Assembly: GCA_002404155.1 (NCBI GenBank)
Contig: DHJC01000081.1
Span: 4,520-68,519, forward strand
DNA: 64,000 bases
Source: Chloroflexi bacterium UBA4730
GTDB lineage: Bacteria > Chloroflexota > Limnocylindria > P2-11E
Direction of reading: 5' to 3'
Below are positions 9,319 through 20,174 of this stretch, piece after piece. The number at the start of each line of letters is the position of its first letter. Position 1 is the stretch's first letter. The notes beneath the pieces are model-generated. The model saw nothing but the letters and a program-made list of their open reading frames with translations. It did not search any database and had not been told where the DNA came from. The translations under genes were made by a program, and so were the position numbers.

Positions 9319-10500
9319 TCAGCGGTCGTCCCCCCGGGCCACGAACGGGAGGCGCCGCAGGGTGCTCTCCTCCTCGCCGGTGAGCGGAAGCGTTCCCTGC
9401 TCCGCGCTCCCAAGCGGCCGTCCAACAGCTTCGATCGCGTCCGCGGTCCGATTGAGACCGTGCAGGGAGTCGGTGTGCTTCTTTGTCGCGTTGCGCAGGT
9501 GGTCACCGAGGGTGTCGTACGCCGAGCGGAACTTTTCCAGCTCGAGCGCCGCGCGCCGCAGTCCTTCCTGCAGCTCGCGCGACCGCTCCTCCATCGCGAG
9601 ACCGCGTAGTCCGAGCGAGACCATTTGCAGATACGCCACCAGCGTGTTCGGCGAGGTCGGAAGTACCCGACGCTCCGCGCAGTAATCGCTCAGGTCCGAT
9701 TCGGCGATCGCGGCTTCGTAATACACGCCTTCCGCGGGGAAGTACAAGAACGCGTAGTCGATGGTTCCTTCCGCGGGCGAGATGTACTTCGCGACCGCGT
9801 CGACGTGGCGCTTCACCTGCTGGATGAAGGCCCGCCGCCGCGCGGCGCGCTCCGCATCGTCACGTGCCGTGCTCATGGCATTGAACGACTCGATCGGGAA
9901 TTTCGCGTCGATCGGCACGAGGCGTCCCGCGAACCGCACCACCGCGTCGACGCGCGAGCCGTCGCGGTAGCCGTACTGGAGCTCGAACGCGCCGACCGGG
10001 AGGTTGTCCGCGAGCACGCGCTCGAGCATCACCTCGCCGAACCCGCCACGCAGCTTCGGCGCGCGGAAGAGGTCGTGCAGCGACCCGACGTCCTTCGCCA
10101 GCTCGCCGATCCGCGCGCTCTGCTCGCCCAGGGTCGCGAGCTTCACCCCGAGCTCGCCGAGGGTGCGCTGCGTCGAGCCGGACTGCGTGAGCAGCTGCTG
10201 CTCGGTGGCGCCGAGCGAACGTTGCACGTCGCTCCGCAGCTCGGCGAGGGACTGGGTGTTGGCGCCGCGAAGCTCGGCCATGGTCTGCTGAAGGAGCGCT
10301 ACGTCTGCGCGCATCCCCTGCTGCAGGAGCGCGAGCGGGGTATCCGCAGGGCGGCGCCGCGCCAGGACGACGGCGACGACGACCGCGGCGATGGCCGCGG
10401 CCGTGATCGCGGCGGCGAGGATCTCCACGCTCGAATCCTCCTTCCCTCGGCCGATCGGCAGCCCGCCCATGCTAGAACGAGTGTTCGATTGATACCACAA
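9319..10500 (-). CDS. rmuC: DNA recombination protein RmuC
   Basis: 393 aa with an N-terminal TM segment, a coiled-coil region and the RmuC nuclease-like C-terminus (FPIESFNA...VAYLQMVS). Confidence 0.85.
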   Translation of the reverse strand: MWYQSNTRSSMGGLPIGRGKEDSSVEILAAAITAAAIAAVVVAVVLARRRPADTPLALLQQGMRADVALLQQTMAELRGANTQSLAELRSDVQRSLGATEQQLLTQSGSTQRTLGELGVKLATLGEQSARIGELAKDVGSLHDLFRAPKLRGGFGEVMLERVLADNLPVGAFELQYGYRDGSRVDAVVRFAGRLVPIDAKFPIESFNAMSTARDDAERAARRRAFIQQVKRHVDAVAKYISPAEGTIDYAFLYFPAEGVYYEAAIAESDLSDYCAERRVLPTSPNTLVAYLQMVSLGLRGLAMEERSRELQEGLRRAALELEKFRSAYDTLGDHLRNATKKHTDSLHGLNRTADAIEAVGRPLGSAEQGTLPLTGEEESTLRRLPFVARGDDR

Positions 10501-10535
10501 TAGATATCAGACGCCATGTCACTAGGGTCCGCCGG

Positions 10536-11762
10536 GTGCCCGAGCCGCTGACCCGGACGAAGACTGCCCTTTACTCTGCGGGTTCGATCGGCGCGGGCGC
10601 ATTCTTCGCCTTCAACAACTTCGTCCTGCCGCAGCTCCTGAAGGCCGCTGGCGCGGGTGACCTGCTCATCGGGCTGCTGTCGAGCACACGGAGCATCGAG
10701 GGCGCCATCATCCAGCCGACCGTCGGCGCGCTCTCGGATCGCACACACGGCCGGTTCGGCCGGCGGCGGCCGTTCATCGCGCTCGGCATCCCGCTGTCAG
10801 CGGCATTCTTCCTCTTCGCCGCGACGCAGCACGACGTGCTCGGACTCACCGTCGGGATCTTCCTCTTCTCGATCTTCTTCAATGCCGCAGCCGACCCGTA
10901 CGTCGCGCTCCTCGCCGACATCACGACGCTCAGCGAGCGCGGGATCCTCCAGGGCGTCTCGACAGCGATCCAGCTAGCCAGCCAGGTGGCGTTCCTCCTG
11001 CTCATCTCCACTGCGGCCGGGACCGGCGGGATCCCGGCCTGGTCGTATCTGCTGGTCGCCGGGCTCATGGTCATCACCTTCGGGATCACGGTCGGAGGCG
11101 TCCGCGAGCCGGCGGTCGTCGACGTCACCGAGACCCGCGTGGGCCGCCGCCGCTACCTCGCCGAGCTCACCGAGCATCGGCAGGCGCTGCGCTACCTCGG
11201 CGCGATCTTCGTGTTCATGGTCGGCTTCAGCGCGGTGCTCCCCTACCTGACCCTGTTCATCACCGTCGATATCGGGGAGACCGAGCCGGTCGCGCTGGCC
11301 CTTGCCGCCGGAACGCTCCTCGTCACGGCAGTGGCCGCGGTCGCGTTCGGCACGCTCGCCGACCGCATCGGGACGAAACCGGTGCTCGTCGTCGGCTGGA
11401 TCCTGCTCGCGATCGCGGCATTCGGAGGGATCATCATCCAGCGGCTCCCCGAGACGATCGCGGTCGTGGTGCTGGCCGGCATCGGGAACGGCGCGGCCAC
11501 GGCCGCCGGGTGGCCGCTCCTTGCGGCCCTCGTGCCGCCCGAGAAGACCGGGGTGTTTGCCGGCCTCAAGGCGGCCGCCGAATCGGTGGCCATCCCGGCA
11601 TCAGTGGTCGTGGCCGCGGAGCTCTTCCTTCCCCGTTTCAGCTACCGGGGCGTTTTCGTGCTGCTCGCCGGCGCGATCCTCATCGCCCTGTTCATCCTCG
11701 TCCGTTTCGTCCGTCCGCCAGGCCGCGACGGCCCGCCCGCGACCGCGACAGCGATGTCGTGA
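10536..11762 (+). CDS. MFS transporter
   Basis: 408 aa with 12 predicted TM segments and an MFS-type GRFGRRRP loop after TM2. Confidence 0.85.
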   Translation: MPEPLTRTKTALYSAGSIGAGAFFAFNNFVLPQLLKAAGAGDLLIGLLSSTRSIEGAIIQPTVGALSDRTHGRFGRRRPFIALGIPLSAAFFLFAATQHDVLGLTVGIFLFSIFFNAAADPYVALLADITTLSERGILQGVSTAIQLASQVAFLLLISTAAGTGGIPAWSYLLVAGLMVITFGITVGGVREPAVVDVTETRVGRRRYLAELTEHRQALRYLGAIFVFMVGFSAVLPYLTLFITVDIGETEPVALALAAGTLLVTAVAAVAFGTLADRIGTKPVLVVGWILLAIAAFGGIIIQRLPETIAVVVLAGIGNGAATAAGWPLLAALVPPEKTGVFAGLKAAAESVAIPASVVVAAELFLPRFSYRGVFVLLAGAILIALFILVRFVRPPGRDGPPATATAMS

Positions 11763-11874
11763 TCCGCGACATCGATGTACGGGATCGCGCCCAGGTCTTT
11801 GCGGCCGGGTGCGTCCCTGGCTGCAACCAACTTTGGATGCGTCTTTTCGCAACGACAGTCTGGCCAGGCGATCG

Positions 11875-14838
11875 CTAGGCCACGACGCCCCGCACTTGCC
11901 GCGCGCTCCACGATTCGGTGCAGATGGCGTTGTAGGGACACTGGATGCAGGTGCGCGCTTCGGGCCGCTCCGGTTCCGCGGGGAACTGCCGCGCTCGGAT
12001 CTTCCCGGCGGTCGAGGTGATCACAGCGGCGATCGCGCCCATCGCGTCGGGCGTCGGCTTCACCTCACCGCGCTGTCCGGTCTCGAGGAACACCAGCGCG
12101 GTCTTCGCCGGCAACTCGCCGAAGGTCTTCTGGTAGGCGAGGGCGTAGACCGGGAGCTGCATGTTCTTCGCGGCTCGGCGCTGCGGGGTGTCTTCCTGGC
12201 CATCGAGAACGCTGCTCTTGTAGTCCGCGACCTCGACCCCATCGGCAGTCTTGTCGACGCGGTCCCATTGGCCGACGACTCGATCGTTCCCGAGCATGAA
12301 CGAGAACCGCTGCTCGACCAGCTCCGGCGCAGGTCTGCCCTGCTCATCCTCGAAGAAGCGGCGGAGCGCGACGAGCCCAGCCTCGAACCGCTCGCTCTCG
12401 TGTTCGGGCGAGATGAATCCCCCGCCGACCCACGATGAGCGAAAGGTTGCCTCAAGCTCGGAGAGCCCCAGATCGTGGCCCTCCTGCTTGCGGCGCAGGA
12501 AGTGTGCGACGGCGCGGTGAAGCGCCTTGCCGTAGACCATCGGCGGCGTGTCCAGCACCGGGATATTGAGTACGTGGGCGAACCGGTAGCGGAGCGGGCA
12601 GCGCCGGTAGTCGTCGATCTCGGTGTACGAGAGGGTCAGCACGTTGTCCGCACCGAGGCGCGGCAGCGGGCTATCGACCTCGGTCGGCGCGACGGCGAAT
12701 CGCTGCAGCTCGTCATACGCCGCAAGTCGCACGCTCCTCGCGGCCGGGCGGCGGCCGAGGGCCTCGCCGATGAACCGGCTTGGGCGGTGACCGCGGGTCC
12801 CGCCGTAGTCGGTCGCGCTGGTGAAGAAGAACGCGTCCTTCGCCCGCGTCATCGCGACGTAGGCGAGCCGGCGCTCCTCGGCGACGTGGCGGTCGCGGTC
12901 GCTTTGGGGCGTGCGGGCTAGGCCCTCGGGCAGGCGAAGATCCGGCAGCCGCAGGCTCCCCGGCAGCCGTTCCTCCGTCGCGACGACGAGGTACACGACG
13001 CCGAACTCGAGCCCCTTGGCCTTGTGGACGGAGAGGACGTTCACCGCCGACTCGGACTGCTCGAAATCGGCGGCGGCGGGATCGTCACCCGCCTCCCGAA
13101 GGAGCTGGAGGTGCGGCACGACGAACGACGCGCGGTCCGTGGGCAAGGCTTTGCCGGCGCTTTGAACGAGGCGGAGAAACTTCGCCACGTTGCGGCCCTG
13201 CTCCTCAGCGAGGGCGGAATCCGGATCGCGGTAGCGATCCAGCAGCTTCGATCGCTCAAGGAAGTCGAATAGCAGCTCCGCGGTCGTGCGCTCCGCGGCG
13301 CGCGCGGAGTACAGCTCGAGGTCGTCGATCAGCTTCTTCGCGGCGGCCACCGCGTCCGTGGAGAAGCCGGGGGCCTCATCGCGAGCGACCTCCTCGAACA
13401 GATCGCGGAGCGGCCGCTGCCGGCGGGTCTGGGCCTCGGCGAGCTTCGCCAGCTCGGCGGGCGGGAACGCGTACAGCGACGACGTCGCGAGGAAATAGAC
13501 GTGCGGCGAGTCCGAAGGCGAAGCGACGGCGGTCAGGAACGACACCAGCAGCCGGATCTCGTCGCGGTCGTAGAGCTGGCCCCCGCCCGAGAAGTGCGCC
13601 GGGAGGCCCCGGCGGGCAAGGGAGTTGAGGACGCGCGTGGCGTCGGAGTTGTTCCGGACGAGCACCGCGAAGTCGCCGAGCTTCCGCCCGGTCTTGATCG
13701 CCGCGTCGGCGATCCGGTCGGCGACGGCCTCGGCTTCCTCTGCCCCGCTCGCGAACTGAAGGTGGTCGACCTCGACGGCCTCGCCGGCCGGGCGGCCCTG
13801 CAGCTTCTTGTCGATGCCGAGGCGGTCCTCGAGCCGGTCGGGGTTGTTCCGGATGAGCGCGTAGGCCGCGTCCAGGAGCGCCTGGCCTGATCGGCGGTTC
13901 TCCACCAGGGTGACCACCTTGGCGTCGGGGTAGGCCGCCCGGAACGCATCGAAATTCGACAGCGTCGCGCCACGCCAGGCGAAGATCGACTGGTCGTCGT
14001 CGCCGACCACCGTGAGATTGCGGTGCGCCGCGACCAGGCGCTCGATCAGCTTGAACTGGGCGTCATTGGTGTCCTGGAACTCGTCGACCAGGACGTATCG
14101 GTAGCGCTCGGCGAGCCGGCGCGCGGCCCCGGGATGGTGCCGGAGGACGCGCAGGGAGAGGGCGATCTGGTCGCCGAAATCGATCACCCCGGCCCGCTCC
14201 TTCAGCGCCGTGTACGCGGCGTAGGTCGCCGCGAGCTCGGCCTGGGCCTCGGCTTCGTCGCGGGTGGCGTCGTCGCCGGCTTCGTCCACCATGTTCCTGG
14301 CGAAGGCCACGTAATCCTCAGGGGCGATGTCATCGTCGCGGGCGCGCCCGAAGAGGTCGAGGAGAGCGCGCACATGCCGGACCGGGTCCCCGGCCGGCCG
14401 GTAGCGCTTCAGGGGAAGGTCCGAGAACAGGTGCTCGCGGACGAAGATGACCTGTTCGGCCGGCGAGAGCACGCGCAGCTCGCCGGCCCGCCCGAGCTCG
14501 AGCGCGAACTCGCGGAAGACCTCGTCCCCGAACGAGTGGAACGTTCTGATCGCGGCGTCGTTGAGACCGAGCGGGGTGTAGAGGTCGACGCGCTCCTGCA
14601 TCGTCGCGGCGGCCTTCTCGGTGAACGTGAGGGCCAGGATCTGATGGGGCTTCGCCCGTCCGGACGCGATGAGGTGGACGATCCGCGCGGTGAGAACATG
14701 GGTCTTGCCGGTGCCGGCCCCGGCGACGATGAGCAGCGGACCTTCGCCGTGCTCGACCGCTTCGCGCTGCTCGGCCGTGAGGGCTCGGAGGATGTCCGGC
14801 CGCTCCTCGCCCAGCGGGAAGCTGAGCTGCTCGGTCAC
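11875..14838 (-). CDS. UvrD/PcrA-family ATP-dependent helicase fused to C-terminal PD-(D/E)XK (Cas4/AddB-like) nuclease with Cys cluster
   Basis: Walker [15 protein letters not shown], helicase motifs ([16 protein letters not shown]), and a C-terminal nuclease domain with ...[10 protein letters not shown]... GTG start at 14838 overlaps the trmFO stop (GTGA). Upstream ORF extension is an artefact. Confidence 0.85.
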   Translation of the reverse strand: MTEQLSFPLGEERPDILRALTAEQREAVEHGEGPLLIVAGAGTGKTHVLTARIVHLIASGRAKPHQILALTFTEKAAATMQERVDLYTPLGLNDAAIRTFHSFGDEVFREFALELGRAGELRVLSPAEQVIFVREHLFSDLPLKRYRPAGDPVRHVRALLDLFGRARDDDIAPEDYVAFARNMVDEAGDDATRDEAEAQAELAATYAAYTALKERAGVIDFGDQIALSLRVLRHHPGAARRLAERYRYVLVDEFQDTNDAQFKLIERLVAAHRNLTVVGDDDQSIFAWRGATLSNFDAFRAAYPDAKVVTLVENRRSGQALLDAAYALIRNNPDRLEDRLGIDKKLQGRPAGEAVEVDHLQFASGAEEAEAVADRIADAAIKTGRKLGDFAVLVRNNSDATRVLNSLARRGLPAHFSGGGQLYDRDEIRLLVSFLTAVASPSDSPHVYFLATSSLYAFPPAELAKLAEAQTRRQRPLRDLFEEVARDEAPGFSTDAVAAAKKLIDDLELYSARAAERTTAELLFDFLERSKLLDRYRDPDSALAEEQGRNVAKFLRLVQSAGKALPTDRASFVVPHLQLLREAGDDPAAADFEQSESAVNVLSVHKAKGLEFGVVYLVVATEERLPGSLRLPDLRLPEGLARTPQSDRDRHVAEERRLAYVAMTRAKDAFFFTSATDYGGTRGHRPSRFIGEALGRRPAARSVRLAAYDELQRFAVAPTEVDSPLPRLGADNVLTLSYTEIDDYRRCPLRYRFAHVLNIPVLDTPPMVYGKALHRAVAHFLRRKQEGHDLGLSELEATFRSSWVGGGFISPEHESERFEAGLVALRRFFEDEQGRPAPELVEQRFSFMLGNDRVVGQWDRVDKTADGVEVADYKSSVLDGQEDTPQRRAAKNMQLPVYALAYQKTFGELPAKTALVFLETGQRGEVKPTPDAMGAIAAVITSTAGKIRARQFPAEPERPEARTCIQCPYNAICTESWSARQVRGVVA

Positions 14839-16217
14839 GGGATGGCGGCGAGCGCGTCGGGCTGCGGGTCGGACTCGGCCATTGCGACCACGCTCGGTGC
14901 GACCAAATCCGGTCGCGAGGCGACGAAGCGCGCGAACGACGCCCGGGCCCGAGCCAGGTGGGCGCGGGCCCGCTCGCGTTTGTCCGCCCGGCGAAGCGGT
15001 TCGTCGAGCGGCGGGAAGAGTCCCCAGGTGGCGTTCATCGGGGCGAACTCGCGTTGCGGCGTCGTGACATACCGGACCAGCGCGCCGATCGCCGTGTCGT
15101 CCGGGAACACGACATCCCCCTCCCCGGCCACGCCCGCTGCGACGTTGAGGGCCGCGACCAGGCCGCTCATCGCCGACTCGAGGTAGCCCTCGACGCCGAC
15201 CAGCTGCCCCGCGAGGGAGGTCCGCGGCGCAAAGCGCAGCCGGTGCGACGGGCCGAGCAGAGCGGGCGAGTTCACGTACGTGTTGCGGTGCATGACCCCG
15301 AGCCGGGCGAACTCCGCGGTGGCCAGCCCCGGCAGGGAGCGGAAGATCCGGCGCTGCTCCGGCCAGCGGAGGTTCGTCTGGAACCCGACGAGGTTGTAGA
15401 GATCGCTCGCCGCGTCGTCCGGGCGGAGCTGCACCACGGCGTAGGGGCGCCTCCCGGTCTTCGGATCGACGAGCCCGAGCGGCTTCAGCGGACCGAACCG
15501 GAGCGTCTCGGGACCGCGGCGGGCGAGCTCCTCCACAGGCAGGCAGGCCTCGAACCACATCGTCTTCTCGAAATCGCGTAGCTCCACCTGCTCGGCGCCG
15601 ACGAGCGCGGCGACGAAGGCCTCGTAGGCCGGGCGGTCCAGCGGGATGTTCAGGTAGGCGTCGCCGCCCTTCCCGTAGCGCGACGCCCGGAAGAGGACGC
15701 TGTGGTCGAGGGACGCACCGACGACGATCGGAGCGGCCGCGTCGAAGAAGTGCAGGTGCTCCTGCCCGGTGAGCCGCTCGATGGCCAAGGCCAGGTCCGG
15801 CGACGTGAGCGGGCCGGTGGCGATGATCGTCGTTCGCGCAGGGTCGATCGCCGTGAGCTCGCCACCGACCCGCCGCACACCCGCATGGGCGAGCCCCGCC
15901 TCGACCGAGGACGCGAAGGCGTCGCGGTCGACGCTCAGATCCTGCCCCGATGGCACGCGGGCGCCATCGGCTGCGCGAAGGACGAGCGAGCCGAGCTGGC
16001 GCAGCTCCTCTTTCAGGAGGCCGGCGGCGACCTCGGGCACGTCGGACTTGAAGGAGTTCGTGCAGACGAGTTCGGCCGGCCGCGCGGTCCGGTGGGCCGG
16101 CGTGGTCTTGTTCGGCCGCATCTCGAGGAGTTCGACCGGGATGCCGCGCCGCGCGAGCTGCCAGGCCGCTTCGGACCCGGCCAGTCCTGCACCGACGACC
16201 AGAACGGATTCGCTCAT
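14835..16217 (-). CDS. trmFO: Methylenetetrahydrofolate--tRNA-(uracil-5-)-methyltransferase TrmFO
   Basis: 460 aa from [22 protein letters not shown] (FAD-binding GxGxxG). Full-length TrmFO/Gid homology. Confidence 0.9.
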   Translation of the reverse strand: MSESVLVVGAGLAGSEAAWQLARRGIPVELLEMRPNKTTPAHRTARPAELVCTNSFKSDVPEVAAGLLKEELRQLGSLVLRAADGARVPSGQDLSVDRDAFASSVEAGLAHAGVRRVGGELTAIDPARTTIIATGPLTSPDLALAIERLTGQEHLHFFDAAAPIVVGASLDHSVLFRASRYGKGGDAYLNIPLDRPAYEAFVAALVGAEQVELRDFEKTMWFEACLPVEELARRGPETLRFGPLKPLGLVDPKTGRRPYAVVQLRPDDAASDLYNLVGFQTNLRWPEQRRIFRSLPGLATAEFARLGVMHRNTYVNSPALLGPSHRLRFAPRTSLAGQLVGVEGYLESAMSGLVAALNVAAGVAGEGDVVFPDDTAIGALVRYVTTPQREFAPMNATWGLFPPLDEPLRRADKRERARAHLARARASFARFVASRPDLVAPSVVAMAESDPQPDALAAIP

Positions 16218-16227
16218 CCGTTCTATC

Positions 16228-17688
16228 CTAGGTCCGGGCGTAGCGCTCCGCGAGCGCGACGAGCGTCCTGACCGACGGACCCTGCGGCCCCTTCGGCGAA
16301 TGCGACCGGTCGCGGTCGCTCCAGAAGGTCCCCGCGATGTCGAGGTGCGCCCACTCGGTGCCGTCCTCGACGGCGGCATCGAGGAACGCCGCGGCCTTGA
16401 TCGCGCCGCCCTCACGGCCGGCGCTGTTGGTCAGATCGGCGATGTCGCTCTTGATCTCGTCGCGGTACTCGTCGGTGAGCGGCATCGGCCACAACCGATC
16501 CCCCGCCTCGACGCCGACGCGACGGACCTCGTCGACGAAGGAGTCCGGCTTTCCGAACAGGCCGCTGAAGTGGTTCCCGAGCGCGACGGCGATCGCGCCG
16601 GTCAGCGTCGCGACGTCGACGACCCGCGTCGCGCCTTCGCGCTGCGCGTACGTGATGCCATCCACCAGGACAAGGCGGCCTTCGGCGTCGGTGTTGATGA
16701 CCTCGACGGTCTTGCCACTCATGCTCGTGAACACGTCGCCGGGCTTCGTCGCCCCACCGCCTGGCAGGTTCTCGGTGCACGGAGCGACCGCGATGACGTT
16801 GACCTTTGGCTTGAGCGCGGCGATCGCGGTCATCGCGGCGATGACCGAGGCCGCGCCGGTCATATCGGCCTTCATATGGTGCATGCCCTCGGCAGGCTTG
16901 ATCGAGATGCCGCCGGAGTCGAAGGTGATGCCTTTCCCGACCATCCCAAGGTCGAAGCCCTTGCCGCCGCGGCCGCGGTAGCGAAGAACGATGCACTGCG
17001 GCGGCTCGTGACTGCCCTGCGCGACCGAGAGGTAGCTGAACATCCCGAGGCTCTCGCATTTCTTGCGGTCGAGCACCTCGATGTCCAGGCCGGCCTCCTT
17101 CGCGAGCGCGCGAGCCTCCTGCGCGACGATCGTGGGCGTCATCTTGTTCGCGGGCTCGTTCGCCATGCGGCGGGCGAGGTTCACCGCCTGGCCGACGGCG
17201 TCGCCGCGTCGGATCGCATCGCGGACGTTCCCTTCGGCGACGATGCTCACGGTCGAAAGCGGCGGCAGCCGGCGCTCCTCAGGCTTGCTCCGGTGCGCTT
17301 CGGGCCGCCACATCGCGAAGTGGGCGCCCTCGACCGCGGCTTGAACGGCCCGCGCCTCGCCGATCGTCCCGTCGACGTAGATCGCGGCGGTCTTCGCGTC
17401 GGTCTTCCAGAGCGACTTGATGCCGGCGCTCGCGATGTTCCGGGCGCGCTCGGCGTCGTACTCGGCACGTTTTCCGGCGCCGACGACGACGACACGGCCT
17501 TCCTTGTCCCCGCCCACGTGGGTGAACACGTTGTAGAGGCTCGCGGCGCCGCGCTCTCCGGCAAGACGCTCCACGATCGCGCGCTTGCCGCGCGCGAGAG
17601 ACTTCGGTGCCTGCCTGTCGTCGAACAGCGGGACGATCGTGACGTCGGCCTGGGCCGCGTCGGCCGGGCGAACGGCGCGGAACTTCAT
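16228..17688 (-). CDS. pepA: Leucyl aminopeptidase (M17)
   Basis: 486 aa carrying the M17 signature NTDAEGRLVL and metal ligands. ATG overlaps the selB stop (ATGA). Confidence 0.9.
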   Translation of the reverse strand: MKFRAVRPADAAQADVTIVPLFDDRQAPKSLARGKRAIVERLAGERGAASLYNVFTHVGGDKEGRVVVVGAGKRAEYDAERARNIASAGIKSLWKTDAKTAAIYVDGTIGEARAVQAAVEGAHFAMWRPEAHRSKPEERRLPPLSTVSIVAEGNVRDAIRRGDAVGQAVNLARRMANEPANKMTPTIVAQEARALAKEAGLDIEVLDRKKCESLGMFSYLSVAQGSHEPPQCIVLRYRGRGGKGFDLGMVGKGITFDSGGISIKPAEGMHHMKADMTGAASVIAAMTAIAALKPKVNVIAVAPCTENLPGGGATKPGDVFTSMSGKTVEVINTDAEGRLVLVDGITYAQREGATRVVDVATLTGAIAVALGNHFSGLFGKPDSFVDEVRRVGVEAGDRLWPMPLTDEYRDEIKSDIADLTNSAGREGGAIKAAAFLDAAVEDGTEWAHLDIAGTFWSDRDRSHSPKGPQGPSVRTLVALAERYART

Positions 17689-19631
17689 TGCCTCTCCCCT
17701 TCGTGGCTGCGAGCGCCATGGATCGCGCGATGGAGCTGCTGGTGGCTGGTAGCGGGATCGTGGATGAGGACGCGATCATCGCCCACGCGTCGCGTCAGGC
17801 CATGATCGTCGAGGAATTGTAGCAACGGAAGGACGTGCTTCCGGCTCGATCCGGTGAGATCGCGTGCCTTCGCGACGGTCATCGGGCCATCCTGCAGTGC
17901 GTCGATGATCGCGTCGCCGAATCGTTCGACCGCGTCTGGCAGGAAGACGCCGTCCGTGCCGACCCGGATCAGGTCGCCGCGATCGGCGAGGGCCACCAGG
18001 ACCTCGAGATCGATCCCGTGGTCCCGCCGCAGCGTCACCGCGCTCGGCGGCTGGAGCGGGGCACGCGCCAATGCCGCGCGGGCGCCGGTCCAGCGGGCCT
18101 CTTGCTCCGCGGTGAGCGCCGGCGTGTGCGCTGGCAATGCGAGCGCGCTCCCGCGCTCCGCGATGCGGCCATCCGCGACGAGCCGCGCGACGAGCGCGGC
18201 ATAGCGCTTCGGCGGGAGGTCGAGCGCGCTGCGGACCTCCTCGCGCGACGCGCCGACGCGAAGCGGCGCCTTGCGATGGGCCATCGCGAGCGTGCGCTCG
18301 ACGCGCGTCGCGAGGGTCTCGAACGCCTCGCGCGAGATCGCCGCATCGGCGAGCGGGACGGCGCGGCCCTCGGCGACGAGGGCGGCATATGCGGCATCGC
18401 GCTCCGCCGCATCGAGGCCGCTGCGCTCCCCTGCCTCGGCCGGCGTTCGGGGCGGGTCGAACGAGGCGAGCAGCCGGTCCGCGGCCGAGGGCGCGCTCCG
18501 GCGTTCGAGCGCGGCAACCGCATCGGCTCGGGTGCGGGTCCGTTCGCCCGTCGTGTCCGCGATCACGCCGCCGCCGAGCGTCTCGGATGGCGACGGCCGC
18601 CGGACCACGAGCCGGTCGCCGACCGCGGCCGCGAGCGGCGTCACGAGACGCAGCTGCACCCACCCCGTTTCGCCGGGACCGATCGCGCGACCTTCCAGCA
18701 CCGAGACGCGGGCGATGGCCTCGGCGGTGCCGGCGTGCACCCGGACGGTGTCGTCGTGCTCGAGCGGCCCGCTCACCTCCGCCAGCACTGACAGCCGCAC
18801 ACCGAGCAGCGACGTGGGCCTGAGCGCGCCGGGCTGTACCAGGACCATGCCGCGCGCGAGCGCGTCCTTCTCGATGCCGGCGAGGTTCGCCGCCACGCGC
18901 GAGCCGGCCCGGGCGATCTCGATCGCCCGGCGGTGGGTCTGCAGCCCGCGAATGCGCCCGCGCAGCCCGCCCGGCACGACCTCGACCTCCTCGCCGACGC
19001 GGACCGATCCGTCGACCAGGGTGCCGGTCACGACGGTGCCGAACCCGGTCATCGTGAAGGCGCGATCGATCGGCAGGCGTGGCCGGCCGAGGTCCCGGCG
19101 CGGCGGGGCCGCGCCCAGTACGGACTCGAGCGATGCGAGCAGCTCGTCGAGCCCGCGGCGCGTCGTCGCCGACACCTCGAGGATCGGTGCGTCCGCGAGC
19201 GGGGTCCGTCCGAGCGCCGCGCGCACCTCGGCTCGCACGAGCGCGACCCATTCGTCATCGACCAGGTCACGTTTGCTCAGGGCGACCACGCCGCGGTCCA
19301 CTCCGAGGAGCTCGAGGATCGCGAGATGCTCGCGGGTCTGGGGCATCACGCCCTCGTCGGCCGCCACCACGAGCACCACCGCGTCGATGCCGCCGATCCC
19401 GGCGAGCATGTTGCGGATGAAATCCTGATGGCCGGGCACGTCGACGATGCCGACGTCCGCGCCGCCCGGCAAGGTCAGCCACGCGAAGCCGAGGTCGATG
19501 GTCATGCCCCGCTCTTGTTCCTCGCGAAGCCGGTCGGGGTCGATGCCGGTGAGCGCGCGGATGAGCGTGGACTTTCCGTGATCGACGTGGCCCGCCGTTC
19601 CGACGACACGGATCGGCGCATCGCCGGTCAT
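17685..19631 (-). CDS. selB: Selenocysteine-specific elongation factor SelB
   Basis: 648 aa. N-terminal EF-Tu-like GTPase (GHVDHGKSTL, DVPGH, SKRD) followed by C-terminal winged-helix SECIS-binding domains. Confidence 0.9.
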   Translation of the reverse strand: MTGDAPIRVVGTAGHVDHGKSTLIRALTGIDPDRLREEQERGMTIDLGFAWLTLPGGADVGIVDVPGHQDFIRNMLAGIGGIDAVVLVVAADEGVMPQTREHLAILELLGVDRGVVALSKRDLVDDEWVALVRAEVRAALGRTPLADAPILEVSATTRRGLDELLASLESVLGAAPPRRDLGRPRLPIDRAFTMTGFGTVVTGTLVDGSVRVGEEVEVVPGGLRGRIRGLQTHRRAIEIARAGSRVAANLAGIEKDALARGMVLVQPGALRPTSLLGVRLSVLAEVSGPLEHDDTVRVHAGTAEAIARVSVLEGRAIGPGETGWVQLRLVTPLAAAVGDRLVVRRPSPSETLGGGVIADTTGERTRTRADAVAALERRSAPSAADRLLASFDPPRTPAEAGERSGLDAAERDAAYAALVAEGRAVPLADAAISREAFETLATRVERTLAMAHRKAPLRVGASREEVRSALDLPPKRYAALVARLVADGRIAERGSALALPAHTPALTAEQEARWTGARAALARAPLQPPSAVTLRRDHGIDLEVLVALADRGDLIRVGTDGVFLPDAVERFGDAIIDALQDGPMTVAKARDLTGSSRKHVLPLLQFLDDHGLTRRVGDDRVLIHDPATSHQQLHRAIHGARSHEGERQ

Positions 19632-19723
19632 TGCACGCCGGGCGCCGGACCGCAGGTCGCGAACAGCGCCGGCACGACGACGAAGGCGAGCAGCAAAAGG
19701 CCGATGATCCAGAGGGCGAGCAC
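19628..19723 (-). CDS. Candidate 31-aa hydrophobic micro-ORF coupled to the selB start (speculative)
   Basis: GC3-rich frame between ridA and selB encodes VLALWIIGLLLLAFVVVPALFATCGPAPGVQ*. Its TGA overlaps the selB ATG (ATGA). Start codon (GTG) is not verified. Confidence 0.2.
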   Translation of the reverse strand: MLALWIIGLLLLAFVVVPALFATCGPAPGVQ

Positions 19724-19764
19724 GATCCCGGTGGCCCGCAGCGGGAGCGGCTGCCGGTGGTCCG

Positions 19765-20172
19765 CTACTTCACGCGGATCGCGACGCACTCGATCTCCAC
19801 CCGGAAGCCGCGCGGCAGTGACGCGACCCCGACGGTCGACCGGGCGGGCCGGTGCTCGCCGAACCGTCTCGCGTAGACCTCGTTCATCGCCGCGAAGTCC
19901 GCCATGTCGACGAGGAACACCGTCGTCTTCACCACGTGTGCGAGATCCGACCCGGCCGCGTCCAGCACCGCGGCGAGGTTGTCCAGCGTGCGCTCGGTCT
20001 CCGCCGCGACGTCGCCTCTTCGGTTCTCGCCCGTCGCGGGATCGATGGCACCTTGCCCGGCACAGAACACGAGCTCTCCGGCGACGATCGCCTGGCTGTA
20101 CGGCCCGATGGCCTTCGGTGCGCCGTCGGTCGCGATGCTGCGGATCTCGGTCGGCATATTCGGCCTTTCCAT
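19765..20172 (-). CDS. ridA: RidA/YjgF-family reactive intermediate deaminase
   Basis: 135 aa with typical RidA/YjgF sequence (APKAIGPYSQAI...TTVFL...RSTV). Confidence 0.85.
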   Translation of the reverse strand: MERPNMPTEIRSIATDGAPKAIGPYSQAIVAGELVFCAGQGAIDPATGENRRGDVAAETERTLDNLAAVLDAAGSDLAHVVKTTVFLVDMADFAAMNEVYARRFGEHRPARSTVGVASLPRGFRVEIECVAIRVK

Positions 20173-20174
20173 TC

